From the NCBI GenBank assembly GCA_964569425.1, contig CAZMVD010000001.1:325-64324 (forward strand): DNA of 64,000 nucleotides, written 5' to 3'. The translations under genes were made by a program, and so were the position numbers. The stretch is from an uncultured Phycisphaeraceae bacterium (GTDB lineage: Bacteria > Planctomycetota > Phycisphaerae > UBA1845). Position 1 is the stretch's first letter; each line of letters starts with the position of its first letter. Shown piece after piece: positions 38,385 through 48,038 of the stretch. The notes below the pieces were generated by a model. It ran no database searches. It had not been told where the DNA came from and worked only from the letters and a program-made list of their open reading frames with translations.

Positions 38385-39605
38385 TCACTCAACGACGATG
38401 CGTACGAATCGCCGCTTCCCACGCTGAAGTATGTCCCCGGTGTGAATATCGATCGGCGTCAACGGGTCGGCAATGACCTGTCCGTTGAGTTGAACGCCCT
38501 TCTCCGCAATCAGCCGTTTCCCCTCTCCGCGAGATTGTACGAACCCGCAAGCCACGACGAGATCCACCGGCACGATGCGACCTTCCGCCAATTGTCCCGC
38601 CGCGAGCACGATATCGGGGATGTCGTCCGGCAAGCCCCCTTTGCCGGCAAAGACACGGCGAAACTCACCAGCCGCACTTTCCGCTTCCTCGGCCGAGTAA
38701 TAATGGGTAATAATCCGCCGCGCCAGCAGTTCCTTGCTGTCGCGCGGGTTTCCCTGCGCGGGATCGACCAGCCGATCGATTTCCGCCGTCGGTGCGTCAG
38801 TCAGCAGCTCGAAGTAGTTGCGGAGCAGCGCATCCGGTATGCTCATGATCTTGCCGAACATCTCGCCGGGCGGGTCGGTCACGGCAACGTAGTTTCCCAG
38901 CGACTTGCTCATCTTGTTCACGCCGTCGGTACCGATGAGCAGCGGCATCACCATGACGACCTGCGGCGGCTGGCCGGCGGCGCGCTGGAGGTCGCGCCCG
39001 CAAAGATTGTTGAACGTCTGATCGGTTCCTCCCAGTTCCACGTCCGCCTCGATGGCCACGCTGTCGCGCGCCTGCATCAGCGGATAGAGCAACTCGTGCA
39101 GATAGATTTCCTTGCCCTCCGCCTGACGCTTGGCAAATGTGTCGCGTTCCAGCATCCGCGCCACCGTCAGATGGCTCATCAGCCGGATCACGTCGGCGAA
39201 CGTCATGGGCGAAAGCCACTCGCTGTTGTGTCGCACTTCCAGCTTGCCGGGCGACAGGTCCAGCACCTTGCCCGCCTGGTCGAGGTAGGTCCGGGCGTTC
39301 GTTTCCACCTCCGCCATAGTGAGCATCGGCCGGGTCTTCGAGCGGCCCGTGGGGTCGCCGATCATCGCCGTGTAGTCGCCGATGATCAGCACCGCCTTAT
39401 GCCCCAGATCCTGAAACTGCCGCAGCTTGCGCAGCACGACGGTGTGGCCGAGAGTCAGGTCCGGCGCCGTGGGGTCCATGCCCAGCTTGACCCGCAGCGG
39501 CCGCCCCAGCGCGAGGCGCCCCTTCAACTCTTCCGCGGAGTACACGTGCTCACAACCACGCAACAGAGACTCGAAACCGGACTGGTTAGGGGGGGCGGAG
39601 TTCAT
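38385..39605 (-). CDS. tyrS: tyrosine--tRNA ligase
   Basis: HIGH-type TLGH, KMSKS (KMSKSLGN), C-terminal S4 domain. Confidence 0.9.
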   Translation of the reverse strand: MNSAPPNQSGFESLLRGCEHVYSAEELKGRLALGRPLRVKLGMDPTAPDLTLGHTVVLRKLRQFQDLGHKAVLIIGDYTAMIGDPTGRSKTRPMLTMAEVETNARTYLDQAGKVLDLSPGKLEVRHNSEWLSPMTFADVIRLMSHLTVARMLERDTFAKRQAEGKEIYLHELLYPLMQARDSVAIEADVELGGTDQTFNNLCGRDLQRAAGQPPQVVMVMPLLIGTDGVNKMSKSLGNYVAVTDPPGEMFGKIMSIPDALLRNYFELLTDAPTAEIDRLVDPAQGNPRDSKELLARRIITHYYSAEEAESAAGEFRRVFAGKGGLPDDIPDIVLAAGQLAEGRIVPVDLVVACGFVQSRGEGKRLIAEKGVQLNGQVIADPLTPIDIHTGDILQRGKRRFVRIVVE

Positions 39606-40411
39606 GGCCGAACCTCGTGGGTGTCGTCGTACCGAACACGCTCAATGGTCGCGGCCCGTCCCGTGGTGCTCTCCACGCCGACCAGGATGCCGCAGAGCCG
39701 CGCGTCATCCGTGGCCACGTCGAACTTGCTGGGCACCGCCGATATCATGGTGGACAACACACGTTGCTTGTCCCGCCCCAAGACTGAATCGTAGGGGCCG
39801 GTCATGCCCACGTCCGAGATGTAGGCCGTGCCCTTGGGCAGCACCCGTTCGTCGGCCGTGGGGACGTGCGTATGCGTTCCGAACACCACACTGACCCGCC
39901 CGTCGAGGTGCCACCCCATGGCCACTTTCTCGCTCGTTGCTTCGGCGTGCATGTCCACCACGATCGTACGAATGTCCGAGGGAATCTGCCGCAGCACGCG
40001 GTCCACCGCAGCGAAAGGGCAGTTCGCCTGTATGTTCATGAACATGCGCCCCAGCAGGGAAATGACCGCCACGCGGTGGCCCGACTCCGTCTGGCACACC
40101 GCGAATTCTCGCCCCGGCGCGCCGGCGGGCAGGTTGGCCGGTCGGACCATTCGTTCGGAAGTCTCCAGCGTGGCGATGATCTCGCGCCGCCGGTAAATAT
40201 GGTCGCCCAGCGTAATCAGGTGCGCGCCCGAGTCGATGATCTTCTTGTACAGTTCGTCCGTCAGCCCGGAGCCGGACGCCGCGTTCTCCGCATTCACGAT
40301 CACGCAGTCGATCCGGCGCTGCGCGTTCAGCGATCGCAACCCGTTGCGCAGCACCTGCCGCCCGGGAGACCCGACCACGTCACCAACGCAAAGTACGGAG
40401 AGGAGCATCAA
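39602..40411 (-). CDS. YmdB-like (TIGR00282-type) metallophosphoesterase
   Basis: LSVLCVGDVVGSPGR...VIVNAENAASGSGLT...GDHIYRR...MHAEATSEK. Conserved synteny downstream of rny. Confidence 0.85.
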   Translation of the reverse strand: MMLLSVLCVGDVVGSPGRQVLRNGLRSLNAQRRIDCVIVNAENAASGSGLTDELYKKIIDSGAHLITLGDHIYRRREIIATLETSERMVRPANLPAGAPGREFAVCQTESGHRVAVISLLGRMFMNIQANCPFAAVDRVLRQIPSDIRTIVVDMHAEATSEKVAMGWHLDGRVSVVFGTHTHVPTADERVLPKGTAYISDVGMTGPYDSVLGRDKQRVLSTMISAVPSKFDVATDDARLCGILVGVESTTGRAATIERVRYDDTHEVRP

Positions 40412-40595
40412 CCGCCCGCTGTTACAATGTGCAGCTCATCTTGTGGCATTGCCCTTCAATGCCCGCATTCGGCTTTCACGCCAAGGCGCTGTTCACTGGT
40501 CCCCAACATTTGGAAATCCAGTGGCGCGACCTGCACCGCGGCAGCGCACGATCCGCAGCTGCCGTGCAACGAAGACCCGGCGCCGCCTTCTGCCG

Positions 40596-42200
40596 TTATC
40601 GCGCCGTGGCGACCGCACGCACCTCGCGCAGCACGGTGACCTTGATCTCACCGGGATAAGTCATCTGCTCCTCGATCTGTTTCGCCACGTCGCGCGAGAT
40701 CTTGGACGCCATCGCGTCATCGACTCGTTTGGCATCAACGATGACCCGAATCTCCCGGCCCGCCTGAATGGCAAACGCCTCCTTCACGCCCGGAGGCGTC
40801 TTGGCGATCTCCTCGAGCTGTTGCAGACGCTGCACATAACGCTCCAGCGACTCACGGCGACCGCCCGGGCGGGCCGCGCTGATGGCATCCGCGGCCATGA
40901 CGATCGGCGTATACGCACTGATCGACGGCACGTCGCCGTGGTGCCCTTCAATGGCGTTAAGCACTTCCGGTCGTTCGTTGAACCGCTTGCAGAACTCCAT
41001 GCCCACCTTGGGGTGACTGCCCTCCATGTCATGGTCGATGGCCTTGCCGATGTCGTGCAACAGCCCGCAACGCCGGGCCAGCCGGCCATCCAGCCCCAAC
41101 TCGTCGGCAATCGACTGGCACAGGAACGCAACCTCCAGGCTGTGTTGCAGGACGTTCTGGCCATAGCTGGTGCGGTATTTCAGCCGACCCAGCAGATCAA
41201 GCTGCTTGCGGTGCAGACCGCCGACGTTCGCCTCCACCGACGCCTTCTTGCCCGTCTCGAGGCACTCGTCCTCGACCTCCTTGCGGACCAACTCGACCAG
41301 TTCTTCGATGCGCCCGGGGTGAATGCGTCCGTCCTGAATCAACCGCTCCAGCGAGCGCCGAGCCACCTCGCGCCGCACCGGATCGAACGCGCTCACCAGC
41401 ACAAGCCCCGGCGTGTCGTCGACGATGACGTCAACGCCCGTTGCCTTCTCGAACGCGCGGATGTTGCGCCCTTCACGCCCGATCACCCGCCCCTTCATGT
41501 CGTCCGAGGGAATCTCTACGCTGGAGACCACGCTGTCGCAGGTGTGCTCCGAGGCGTAGCGCTGAATGGCCGTCAGGATAATCTCGCGGGAACGGGCGTA
41601 GGCTTCGTCTTTGGCGGCAGAGGTGGTTCGGTCGATGAGTTCCGACGATTCACGATCCAGTTCATGCTTGAGGTCGTCCAGTACCGTACGTTTGGCCTCC
41701 TCCATGCTCAGGCCGCTGATCCGAAGAAGTTCCTCGCGGCGCTTCGCCAGCAGTTGGGCAAGTTCCTCCTCCTGTTGGGCAACCTCGGCCACACGCGCAT
41801 CCAGCTTGGCCTGGGCCTGTTCGAGGTTTCGCTCCTTGGTCACCAGCGTATCAAGCTTCGCCTCGATGTTGTCTTCCCGCTTGGCCAGGCGCCGCTCGAT
41901 CTCCTTCTGCTCCGCGCGCATCTGGTCCGATTCGCGCTTGATCTGCTCCTGCCCGCGCAGCAATTCAGCTTTGGCGTCAACCTCTGCGTTTTTCCGTGTA
42001 ACCTCGGCTTCGGCGATCGCCTCACTGCGGATCCGCTCGACCTCTTTGCGCACGGTCTCCAGTCGGGACCGTCCCAGCCAGCCGACAAAGACAAAGCCGG
42101 CCAGCACCCCGACGGCCACGGCAAAGACGAACGCGACCCACATGGGAATGGTCGAACCGGTTGTCCCCTGCCCGAGAAGTGCAACTAGTGATGCATTCAT
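40596..42200 (-). CDS. rny: ribonuclease Y
   Basis: N-terminal TM, long coiled-coil, KH (GRVIGREGRNIRAFE), HD (LLHDIGKAIDH). Start placed at ATG 42200. The ORF-track TTG start lies at 42221. Confidence 0.9.
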   Translation of the reverse strand: MNASLVALLGQGTTGSTIPMWVAFVFAVAVGVLAGFVFVGWLGRSRLETVRKEVERIRSEAIAEAEVTRKNAEVDAKAELLRGQEQIKRESDQMRAEQKEIERRLAKREDNIEAKLDTLVTKERNLEQAQAKLDARVAEVAQQEEELAQLLAKRREELLRISGLSMEEAKRTVLDDLKHELDRESSELIDRTTSAAKDEAYARSREIILTAIQRYASEHTCDSVVSSVEIPSDDMKGRVIGREGRNIRAFEKATGVDVIVDDTPGLVLVSAFDPVRREVARRSLERLIQDGRIHPGRIEELVELVRKEVEDECLETGKKASVEANVGGLHRKQLDLLGRLKYRTSYGQNVLQHSLEVAFLCQSIADELGLDGRLARRCGLLHDIGKAIDHDMEGSHPKVGMEFCKRFNERPEVLNAIEGHHGDVPSISAYTPIVMAADAISAARPGGRRESLERYVQRLQQLEEIAKTPPGVKEAFAIQAGREIRVIVDAKRVDDAMASKISRDVAKQIEEQMTYPGEIKVTVLREVRAVATAR

Positions 42201-43110
42201 GGATACTGATCCGTTTATCAAGGTTAAGCATCATCGCCCTTGGTCACACCCGCAACGCTCACATTTCGTGAGACGGGGCGACGCCGCCGTGGTCCGCCAC
42301 GGTCAGCAGGGCGCTTGATGGGGTAAACGCGGAAGCGCCTTGTGCAAATGAGTGGCCTTGACTTTCGGATGGGTGGGTTCTTGGTGATCCAACGAATGGC
42401 GCTCGAAAGCACCATTGAGGCGGATAGCGACTACACGATGCCCTGGCGTCAGCCGGCGCCCACTTGATGCCCAACGAAAACCACCATGAGCGAACCGGTT
42501 CGCATGCAACCAACGGGCAGCTCAATCATGGTGTCAAACGTCCGACCCTGTGTACGCCGGTGACGTTTGGCAAAGAGTCCGCACAGGCTGACATCCACTT
42601 CGGCGCCACACGTACATTAATTACATCCGGCAAAGTGCATCACTAACTAATGACCGACCTGAAGGCCGTTTCCGAGCAGGAGCGAGCACGCAGGCCGGCT
42701 TCCTGCTCGGTGGCACGAATCGCCACAAGAACCACCCGCCCGCAGGACCGCTCCTCACAGACGGTTTATCTTTCTGGTTGCTCTCCTTCCTGAAATTCGA
42801 CTGTTACCAAGTAAAAAGCAAAGCAATAACGTCGAAAATGCGCCAGCAATTTACCTCTATTGGCGCGCAATTCGACCTAATCGGAGATTATAGATTAGGA
42901 GGAACTGCTGTCAACGCGATATCGATCGCCAGCACAATGAGTTATCGAACCATGGAAAACGAACACAGCCGACGTCCGATGACCTGATCTTCGGCCGAAC
43001 ATTGATCCTGGACCCCGATTCGTCTACAAGAAAGTACAGCCACGACCGCCGGGAGGGGTGGCGAAAGGCGAACTCGGGGGGCTATCTGCCCGTAAGGCAT
43101 TCGATGGCAC

Positions 43111-45681
43111 ATGCCGGTGCGCGTGCGGTTCGGCCGGCTGATGGGCCGGGGCTTCCAGCAGCGAAGAGAGGATCACGTATTGAACAGTTCACTTGCGGCG
43201 CAACTGATGCGTTGTACCTGGGTCGCTTCATTGGCCGTGGTGGCCTTCGACGGTGCCGCGTGGGCCAAACCAGGCCCGGACGCAAAGCGAAACCGGGCGA
43301 CCTTGGAATGGGCAGCGAACGTCGATGCGGTCGCACCCGGTCACACTTTCGACGTGGCGCTGCGCTTCCGCATCGACGAAGATTGGCACATCTATTGGCA
43401 GAATGCCGGTGACGCCGGGTTGGCCCCGCGGGTAACGTGGACACTGCCGGAGGGGTTTACGGAAGGCGAGCTTCGCTTCCCCGTGCCCAAGCGACATGTC
43501 GATGCATCCGGCACCATTGTCACCAACGTCTTATACGACGAGCCGGTGCTACTGACCACGATCACGCCGCCCAATCGCCTGAGCGGTTCAACGGTCGCCC
43601 TGAAGGCACGCGTAACCTATCTGGTTTGCAAGGAGTCCTGTCTTCAGGAGCGCGCCGAGCTTGATATGACCCTGCCCGTGCGCGCTTCAGCCGATTCCGT
43701 GAATCCGGCCAATGTGAAGCTGTTTGAAACCGCCCGTCGAGCGCTGCCTCGTCTTGAAAGCAAGTACGTCAAGCTCCATCCGACACTCAGCGTCGAGGTC
43801 CTTAAACCCGGTACGGCATTCGATCTGCAATTGGAAGTCGAGGTGGCCGAGGGCCATCACATCCAATCGCATGAGCCCCTGTTGGAGGCGTTCGTCAAGG
43901 CGGATCTCTTTCTTGAGAAAGTCGACGGCCTTTTCTTCAATCCGCCTCGGTTCCCTGAACCCGAATTCAAGGAAATCCCCGTCCTGGGAAGGATCAGCGA
44001 ATACTCGGGCAAGTTCACCGTGCGTGTGCCCGTTCAGGCCGAGGAACTCCCCAAAGAAGTAACCTCGCTTCGATTGGGTGGTGTGTTTACCTATCAGGCC
44101 TGTACCGATAAGGGCATGTGCTTCCCGCCCGATGCTGTGGCATTCAAGCTGTCAGCGCCTGTCGCTGGCCCACATCTGGGCGCCGGGAACCAGACCCGTC
44201 CCACGGATGCCGGTGTCGTCAACGAAGACGTCGGCGAGGTCGAAGTGGACGAGGCTTCGCGCGAAGCCGGCGCGTTCCTGCCGGTCGACGCCGGCGGGGG
44301 TTCAACCATCCAAACGGGAATACCGACGTCACTGGTCGGGCTGTTGGCCTTTGCGTTCCTGGGCGGACTCATCTTGAACGTGATGCCGTGCGTCCTGCCG
44401 GTGATTTCCATCAAGGTGCTCAGCTTCGTCCAGCAATCTCAGGAGGAGCCACGGCGTGTCTTTCGACTGGGGTTGACCTTTTGCGCCGGCATCCTCTGCT
44501 CCTTCTGGGCGCTGGCCCTGGTCATCATCGCGCTCAAGTCGGCGGGCAACCAGCTGGGTTGGGGGTTTCAGTTTCAATCGCCGATGTTTGTCATTGTCAT
44601 GATGTCGATCATGTTCGTCTTTGGATTAAGCCTGCTGGGCGTGTTCGAAATCACACTGCCCGGCGCGGCCATGACTACCCTGTCAGCCGCAGAAGAACAC
44701 GAAGGCTATTTCGGAGCTTTTTCCAAAGGCGTGTTAGGGACCATTCTGGCGACGCCCTGCACGGCGCCGTTCCTGGGACCCGCGCTCGGCGTTGCATTCG
44801 CCAGCACCAACGTACAACTGTTTGCGGTCTTTACATTCGTCGGCTTGGGCATGGCCTCGCCGTTTTTCCTGTTGACCTGGCGCCCCGCCTGGCTGAAGTA
44901 TTTGCCCCGTCCCGGAGTGTGGATGGCCCATTTCAAGCAGCTCATGGGCTTTTTCCTCATGGGCACCGTCGTTTGGATGCTCTATGTCCTCGGCCACCAG
45001 ATCGGCTCCGACGGCGTGGTCTGGTCGGTCGGCTTCCTCGGGTTCCTGGCCATCGCCGCGTGGATTCTGGGATTGCAGACGCCGGCCACTCCGTTGCAGC
45101 GCCGCTTGGTCGCATGGGCCGTAGCGATGGTCTTCGTCGCCGGCGGTTGGTGGACCGCATTCCAGCGCGAGTCCACGTTAGCCGAATACCAGCAGCTCTA
45201 CCTGGCGAGCTTGGAATGCCCTTGCGACCTCGAAGCCCCCATGCTCACCGCGGCCGATTGGAATCAGAAGATACCGTGGCAGGCCTGGCAAAAAGGCCGG
45301 GCAGAACGGCTCGCGGCACAGGGTTACACGGTGTATGTGGATTATACCGCGGTCTGGTGCGTGACCTGCCTGGCCAACAAGGCCGCAACTGTAGATACGG
45401 ACGAGGTGCGGGCATTAATGGCCAGCAACTGCGTCATCCCATTGAAGGCTGATTTTACGAGCGAGAATCCGGACATTCTCGAAGAGATCCTGCGCTTTGA
45501 TCGATCAGGCGTCCCCCTCAACATCATCTACCCGGCCAGTCGACCCGCTGAACCCATTCTCATGCCCGAGCAACTTGTGGGCCGAAAGGGATTGGTGTTG
45601 GAGCAATTGGCCAAGGCGGGCCCCTCATTGGCCTGTGCCAGCGGGAAGGCAGCTACAACCACGGCGTTACTTAGCCCCTGA
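43111..45681 (+). CDS. DsbD-family thiol:disulfide interchange / cytochrome c biogenesis-type transmembrane reductant transporter
   Basis: N-terminal DsbD-alpha-like periplasmic domain (two copies). Central TM core NVMPCVLPVISIKV and ATPCTAPFLG. C-terminal thioredoxin-like domain with WCVTC. The true start is probably downstream (signal MRCTWVASLAVVAFDGAAWA). Confidence 0.8.
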   Translation: MPVRVRFGRLMGRGFQQRREDHVLNSSLAAQLMRCTWVASLAVVAFDGAAWAKPGPDAKRNRATLEWAANVDAVAPGHTFDVALRFRIDEDWHIYWQNAGDAGLAPRVTWTLPEGFTEGELRFPVPKRHVDASGTIVTNVLYDEPVLLTTITPPNRLSGSTVALKARVTYLVCKESCLQERAELDMTLPVRASADSVNPANVKLFETARRALPRLESKYVKLHPTLSVEVLKPGTAFDLQLEVEVAEGHHIQSHEPLLEAFVKADLFLEKVDGLFFNPPRFPEPEFKEIPVLGRISEYSGKFTVRVPVQAEELPKEVTSLRLGGVFTYQACTDKGMCFPPDAVAFKLSAPVAGPHLGAGNQTRPTDAGVVNEDVGEVEVDEASREAGAFLPVDAGGGSTIQTGIPTSLVGLLAFAFLGGLILNVMPCVLPVISIKVLSFVQQSQEEPRRVFRLGLTFCAGILCSFWALALVIIALKSAGNQLGWGFQFQSPMFVIVMMSIMFVFGLSLLGVFEITLPGAAMTTLSAAEEHEGYFGAFSKGVLGTILATPCTAPFLGPALGVAFASTNVQLFAVFTFVGLGMASPFFLLTWRPAWLKYLPRPGVWMAHFKQLMGFFLMGTVVWMLYVLGHQIGSDGVVWSVGFLGFLAIAAWILGLQTPATPLQRRLVAWAVAMVFVAGGWWTAFQRESTLAEYQQLYLASLECPCDLEAPMLTAADWNQKIPWQAWQKGRAERLAAQGYTVYVDYTAVWCVTCLANKAATVDTDEVRALMASNCVIPLKADFTSENPDILEEILRFDRSGVPLNIIYPASRPAEPILMPEQLVGRKGLVLEQLAKAGPSLACASGKAATTTALLSP

Positions 45682-45956
45682 CGCGCCCGGACTTCCGAGG
45701 CGCGGGTCGGATTAAGCACAGTCACCGGCGCACGGTTGGCCATTCGCCCCTGCGGCAAACTCCGGCGCGACAATTCGAGAAACACCAAGCGCCTCTCGTC
45801 GAATTAGATTCTACCCCCTGGTGATGACCCGCCCGTCCGGTTGACGGCGGTTACCCTTCTGGCCCTTCGAGCCCTTGGAAGTTACCATGCGCAACGGGCG
45901 GGACGACGTTAATTCCGCTAACAAAGGCGCTACGGTCTTTGACCGGGTACCACGAG

Positions 45957-46030
45957 GGGCGATTAGCTCAGTTGGTTAGAGCGCCTGCCTTACAAGCAGG
46001 AGGCCACAGGTTCGAGTCCTGTATCGCCCA
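45957..46030 (+). tRNA. tRNA-Val (anticodon TAC)
   Basis: GGGCGATTAGCTCAGTTGGTTAGAGCGCCTGCCTTACAAGCAGGAGGCCACAGGTTCGAGTCCTGTATCGCCCA. Cloverleaf folds by hand, anticodon loop CTTACAA. CCA is not encoded. Confidence 0.9.
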
Positions 46031-46052
46031 TCCGCCGTCCGCCGGAACAGGC

Positions 46053-46730
46053 ATGGCATCCAACAGAGTTTGTTCGATGAGTCGATCAACCGCATCGCAC
46101 TTTTATGGATTCGCCTTGATATTGCCTTGCGTACTTCTGGCCGTGGGGTGCGGCGGGCCGCGGCGCGGCGACTATGTGTCAACCGCCCGAATCTCGATGC
46201 CCGCCGACCATCCTGCGCAACAGCAATTGTGGGAGGCCATCGCCGAAACGCTCCGCGAGGAGGGGTTCAGGCTCGACCGCCTGGATCAGCGCGCGGGACT
46301 GGTGACCACGTTTCCGGAGACATCGAAGCACTTCTTTGAATTCTGGCGGCACGACGTGGATACGCGGCAGGACTTCTGGGAGGCGACGATCAACCCGATC
46401 CGCCGCGCGGCGGAAGTATCTTTACAGCCAAGTCCCGGGGATGCCGCTCAGGAACTGACCGTGGTCGTACGCAAAGAGCAGCTCAGTTCGCCCGACCGGC
46501 AGTTCAACAGTACCATCGCCGCCTATCAGATTTTCGGAAACAGCCTGCCTTCCACCACGGGAATGGCGCGCATCACTCCGGAACACGACTATTGGTTCGA
46601 TTGCGGACGCGATGAGGCCATGGAGGACTACCTGCGCAGGCGAATCCTCGCCCGCGCCAATCTGGATGGAGCCACGGGAGCGAACACCGATGGCGCCGGG
46701 AACCTGCCGGATCAATCCAACACGCCCTAG
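46053..46730 (+). CDS. hypothetical lipoprotein
   Basis: Lipobox LLAVGC after MSRSTASHFYGFALILPCV. The ORF-track start (45939) overlaps the tRNA and is rejected. ATG 46053 or 46077. Confidence 0.6.
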   Translation: MASNRVCSMSRSTASHFYGFALILPCVLLAVGCGGPRRGDYVSTARISMPADHPAQQQLWEAIAETLREEGFRLDRLDQRAGLVTTFPETSKHFFEFWRHDVDTRQDFWEATINPIRRAAEVSLQPSPGDAAQELTVVVRKEQLSSPDRQFNSTIAAYQIFGNSLPSTTGMARITPEHDYWFDCGRDEAMEDYLRRRILARANLDGATGANTDGAGNLPDQSNTP

Positions 46731-47985
46731 GCTGTGCAACAGCGTTCTGGTTGCGATGTGTGCATTGATCGCAACCGTCGCCCGGGCGGAGCTGTTTGAA
46801 TCACCAATATCCTGCGAATTGGTGGTGCGCGAGGCGCTCGCCGCTGCACCGGAACCACTGCGTGTCCTGTTCAACGCTTCGGCGGGAAGCGTTTACGCAG
46901 CCGCGCTGCAGGATATCGCCTCCTGCGGGCAGAAGCTCGCCCAGGATGCCAGGGACCGGCACCTCGTAGCGCTGGACGCGGAGGTCGTTGGCGACGTCCC
47001 GGACGCCGAACGAAATTCCGCGGTTCAACGGTTTCCGGTTGAACGTCTTCGCGCCGAATCCCTGTACAAGGCAAATCACCTGGCGGGCGGAATCCTTCCT
47101 TGGGTCATTGAGGAACATTACGCAAGTCTGGTGAGCGCGTTTCGGATGCGTGATTGGAAAGCCGTTCCACAGCACAGCGGCACACTTCTGCATGCGCTCA
47201 CCGACGCGGGTCTACCGTTCCATACCAGCCGGCTTCGCCTCGACGTGGATCCCTGGTTTGAAGAAACCGACACGGGAATCTCGTTTGTCGAGGGCTGTTC
47301 GGCCGGACGAATACAGGTCGCCCTGTTAGATCGCAACCTTGAGCGCCTTGCCCACGAGGTTCGCGTTTTTCGCACCCGTGCCGGCCGTCTGGAGGATCGC
47401 ACGCAAGCGGTGTTTGCGTTGCTTCAACAGTCCTGTATGGAAGCGGCGGGGCTACGCCAGCTTGATCGCGAAATCGTCTCGCAATTGGGAATTCGCGACG
47501 CGACATCGTGGAACGCGCACCGCGAAGAGTACTTCCGCCGTTTGGAAGAACGGGCACTGCCTGTCATGCGCACCCAACTGGAATCGGCGGCTTTGCTCGG
47601 GGCCAGTCTGATCCATACCGCGTGGTGGGAAGCGGGGAGCCCCTTGCCCCCCGATTCCTATGCGCCCCACGCGACTTCCCAATCCGCCGTAGTTCCAAAC
47701 GCCCAGGCCCCACCATCCGCCGAGAAGGACGGTCCGATTCATCCGCCATCGAATTCCCGCGCAGACGTCACGGGACAAAGGGAATCGAACCCGGCATCCG
47801 ACCGGAAAGCCGCCACCGAAACATCGACCCTGGTGGGCAGCATGGGCTCGCAGGTTTTTCACCGCTCCACCTGCAACCATGCCCAGAGAATCAAGCGGGA
47901 GAATCTGGTACGGTTTGCAACGGCAGAGGCCGCGCGAAGTGCGGGCCGTACTCCTTGCAAGACCTGTCAGCCGGATGGGCCGTAA
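46690..47985 (+). CDS. secreted S1/P1-nuclease / zinc-PLC-superfamily-like protein with a C-terminal Ada-type zinc-binding domain
   Basis: Signal-like NSVLVAMCALIATVARA. LLHALTDAGLPFH has the same H-x3-D-x5-H spacing as the P1 nuclease HFIGDMTQPLH. RHLVALDAE can be compared with LHFIDAE. C-terminal FHRSTCNHAQRIKRENLVRFATAEAARSAGRTPCKTCQP. The start is uncertain (46612, 46690 or 46756). Confidence 0.5.
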   Translation: MAPGTCRINPTRPRLCNSVLVAMCALIATVARAELFESPISCELVVREALAAAPEPLRVLFNASAGSVYAAALQDIASCGQKLAQDARDRHLVALDAEVVGDVPDAERNSAVQRFPVERLRAESLYKANHLAGGILPWVIEEHYASLVSAFRMRDWKAVPQHSGTLLHALTDAGLPFHTSRLRLDVDPWFEETDTGISFVEGCSAGRIQVALLDRNLERLAHEVRVFRTRAGRLEDRTQAVFALLQQSCMEAAGLRQLDREIVSQLGIRDATSWNAHREEYFRRLEERALPVMRTQLESAALLGASLIHTAWWEAGSPLPPDSYAPHATSQSAVVPNAQAPPSAEKDGPIHPPSNSRADVTGQRESNPASDRKAATETSTLVGSMGSQVFHRSTCNHAQRIKRENLVRFATAEAARSAGRTPCKTCQPDGP

Positions 47986-48038
47986 CTTCTCGGTCCAACT
48001 TGCTCCCGAAACAAGCCGGAGCGCGGGCGGATCACGGA

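Noticed and set aside
38442-39794. 450-aa plus-strand ORF
   Set aside because: It lies antisense to tyrS. No motifs, and the composition is skewed.
40236-42188. 650-aa plus-strand ORF
   Set aside because: It lies antisense to rny, which has KH and HD motifs, and to the ymdB-like gene. Its composition is Leu/Arg/His/Pro-biased with no recognisable motif.
42778-42987. 69-aa ORF in the AT-rich island
   Set aside because: It has a TTG start without an RBS, and its composition and codon usage are unlike neighbouring genes. I treat it as non-coding and cover it in the spacer finding.
44118-45452. 444-aa plus-strand ORF in an alternative frame of the DsbD-like gene
   Set aside because: It is on the same strand but off-frame, and its translation is Arg/Gly/Pro-rich. 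The frame beginning at 43111 carries the CxxC/TM/thioredoxin features.
45685-45705. RNase P RNA-like GGAAGTCCGGGC on the minus strand
   Set aside because: This is only a short match to the P4 strand (GGAAAGUCCGGGC). A full RNase P RNA would have to run antisense through the DsbD-like coding sequence, and no CR-IV/CR-V counterparts were seen.
45939-46052. N-terminal extension of the lipoprotein ORF
   Set aside because: It overlaps the tRNA-Val gene. The translated segment (RLAQLVRAPALQAGGHRFES) is the tRNA sequence read as protein.
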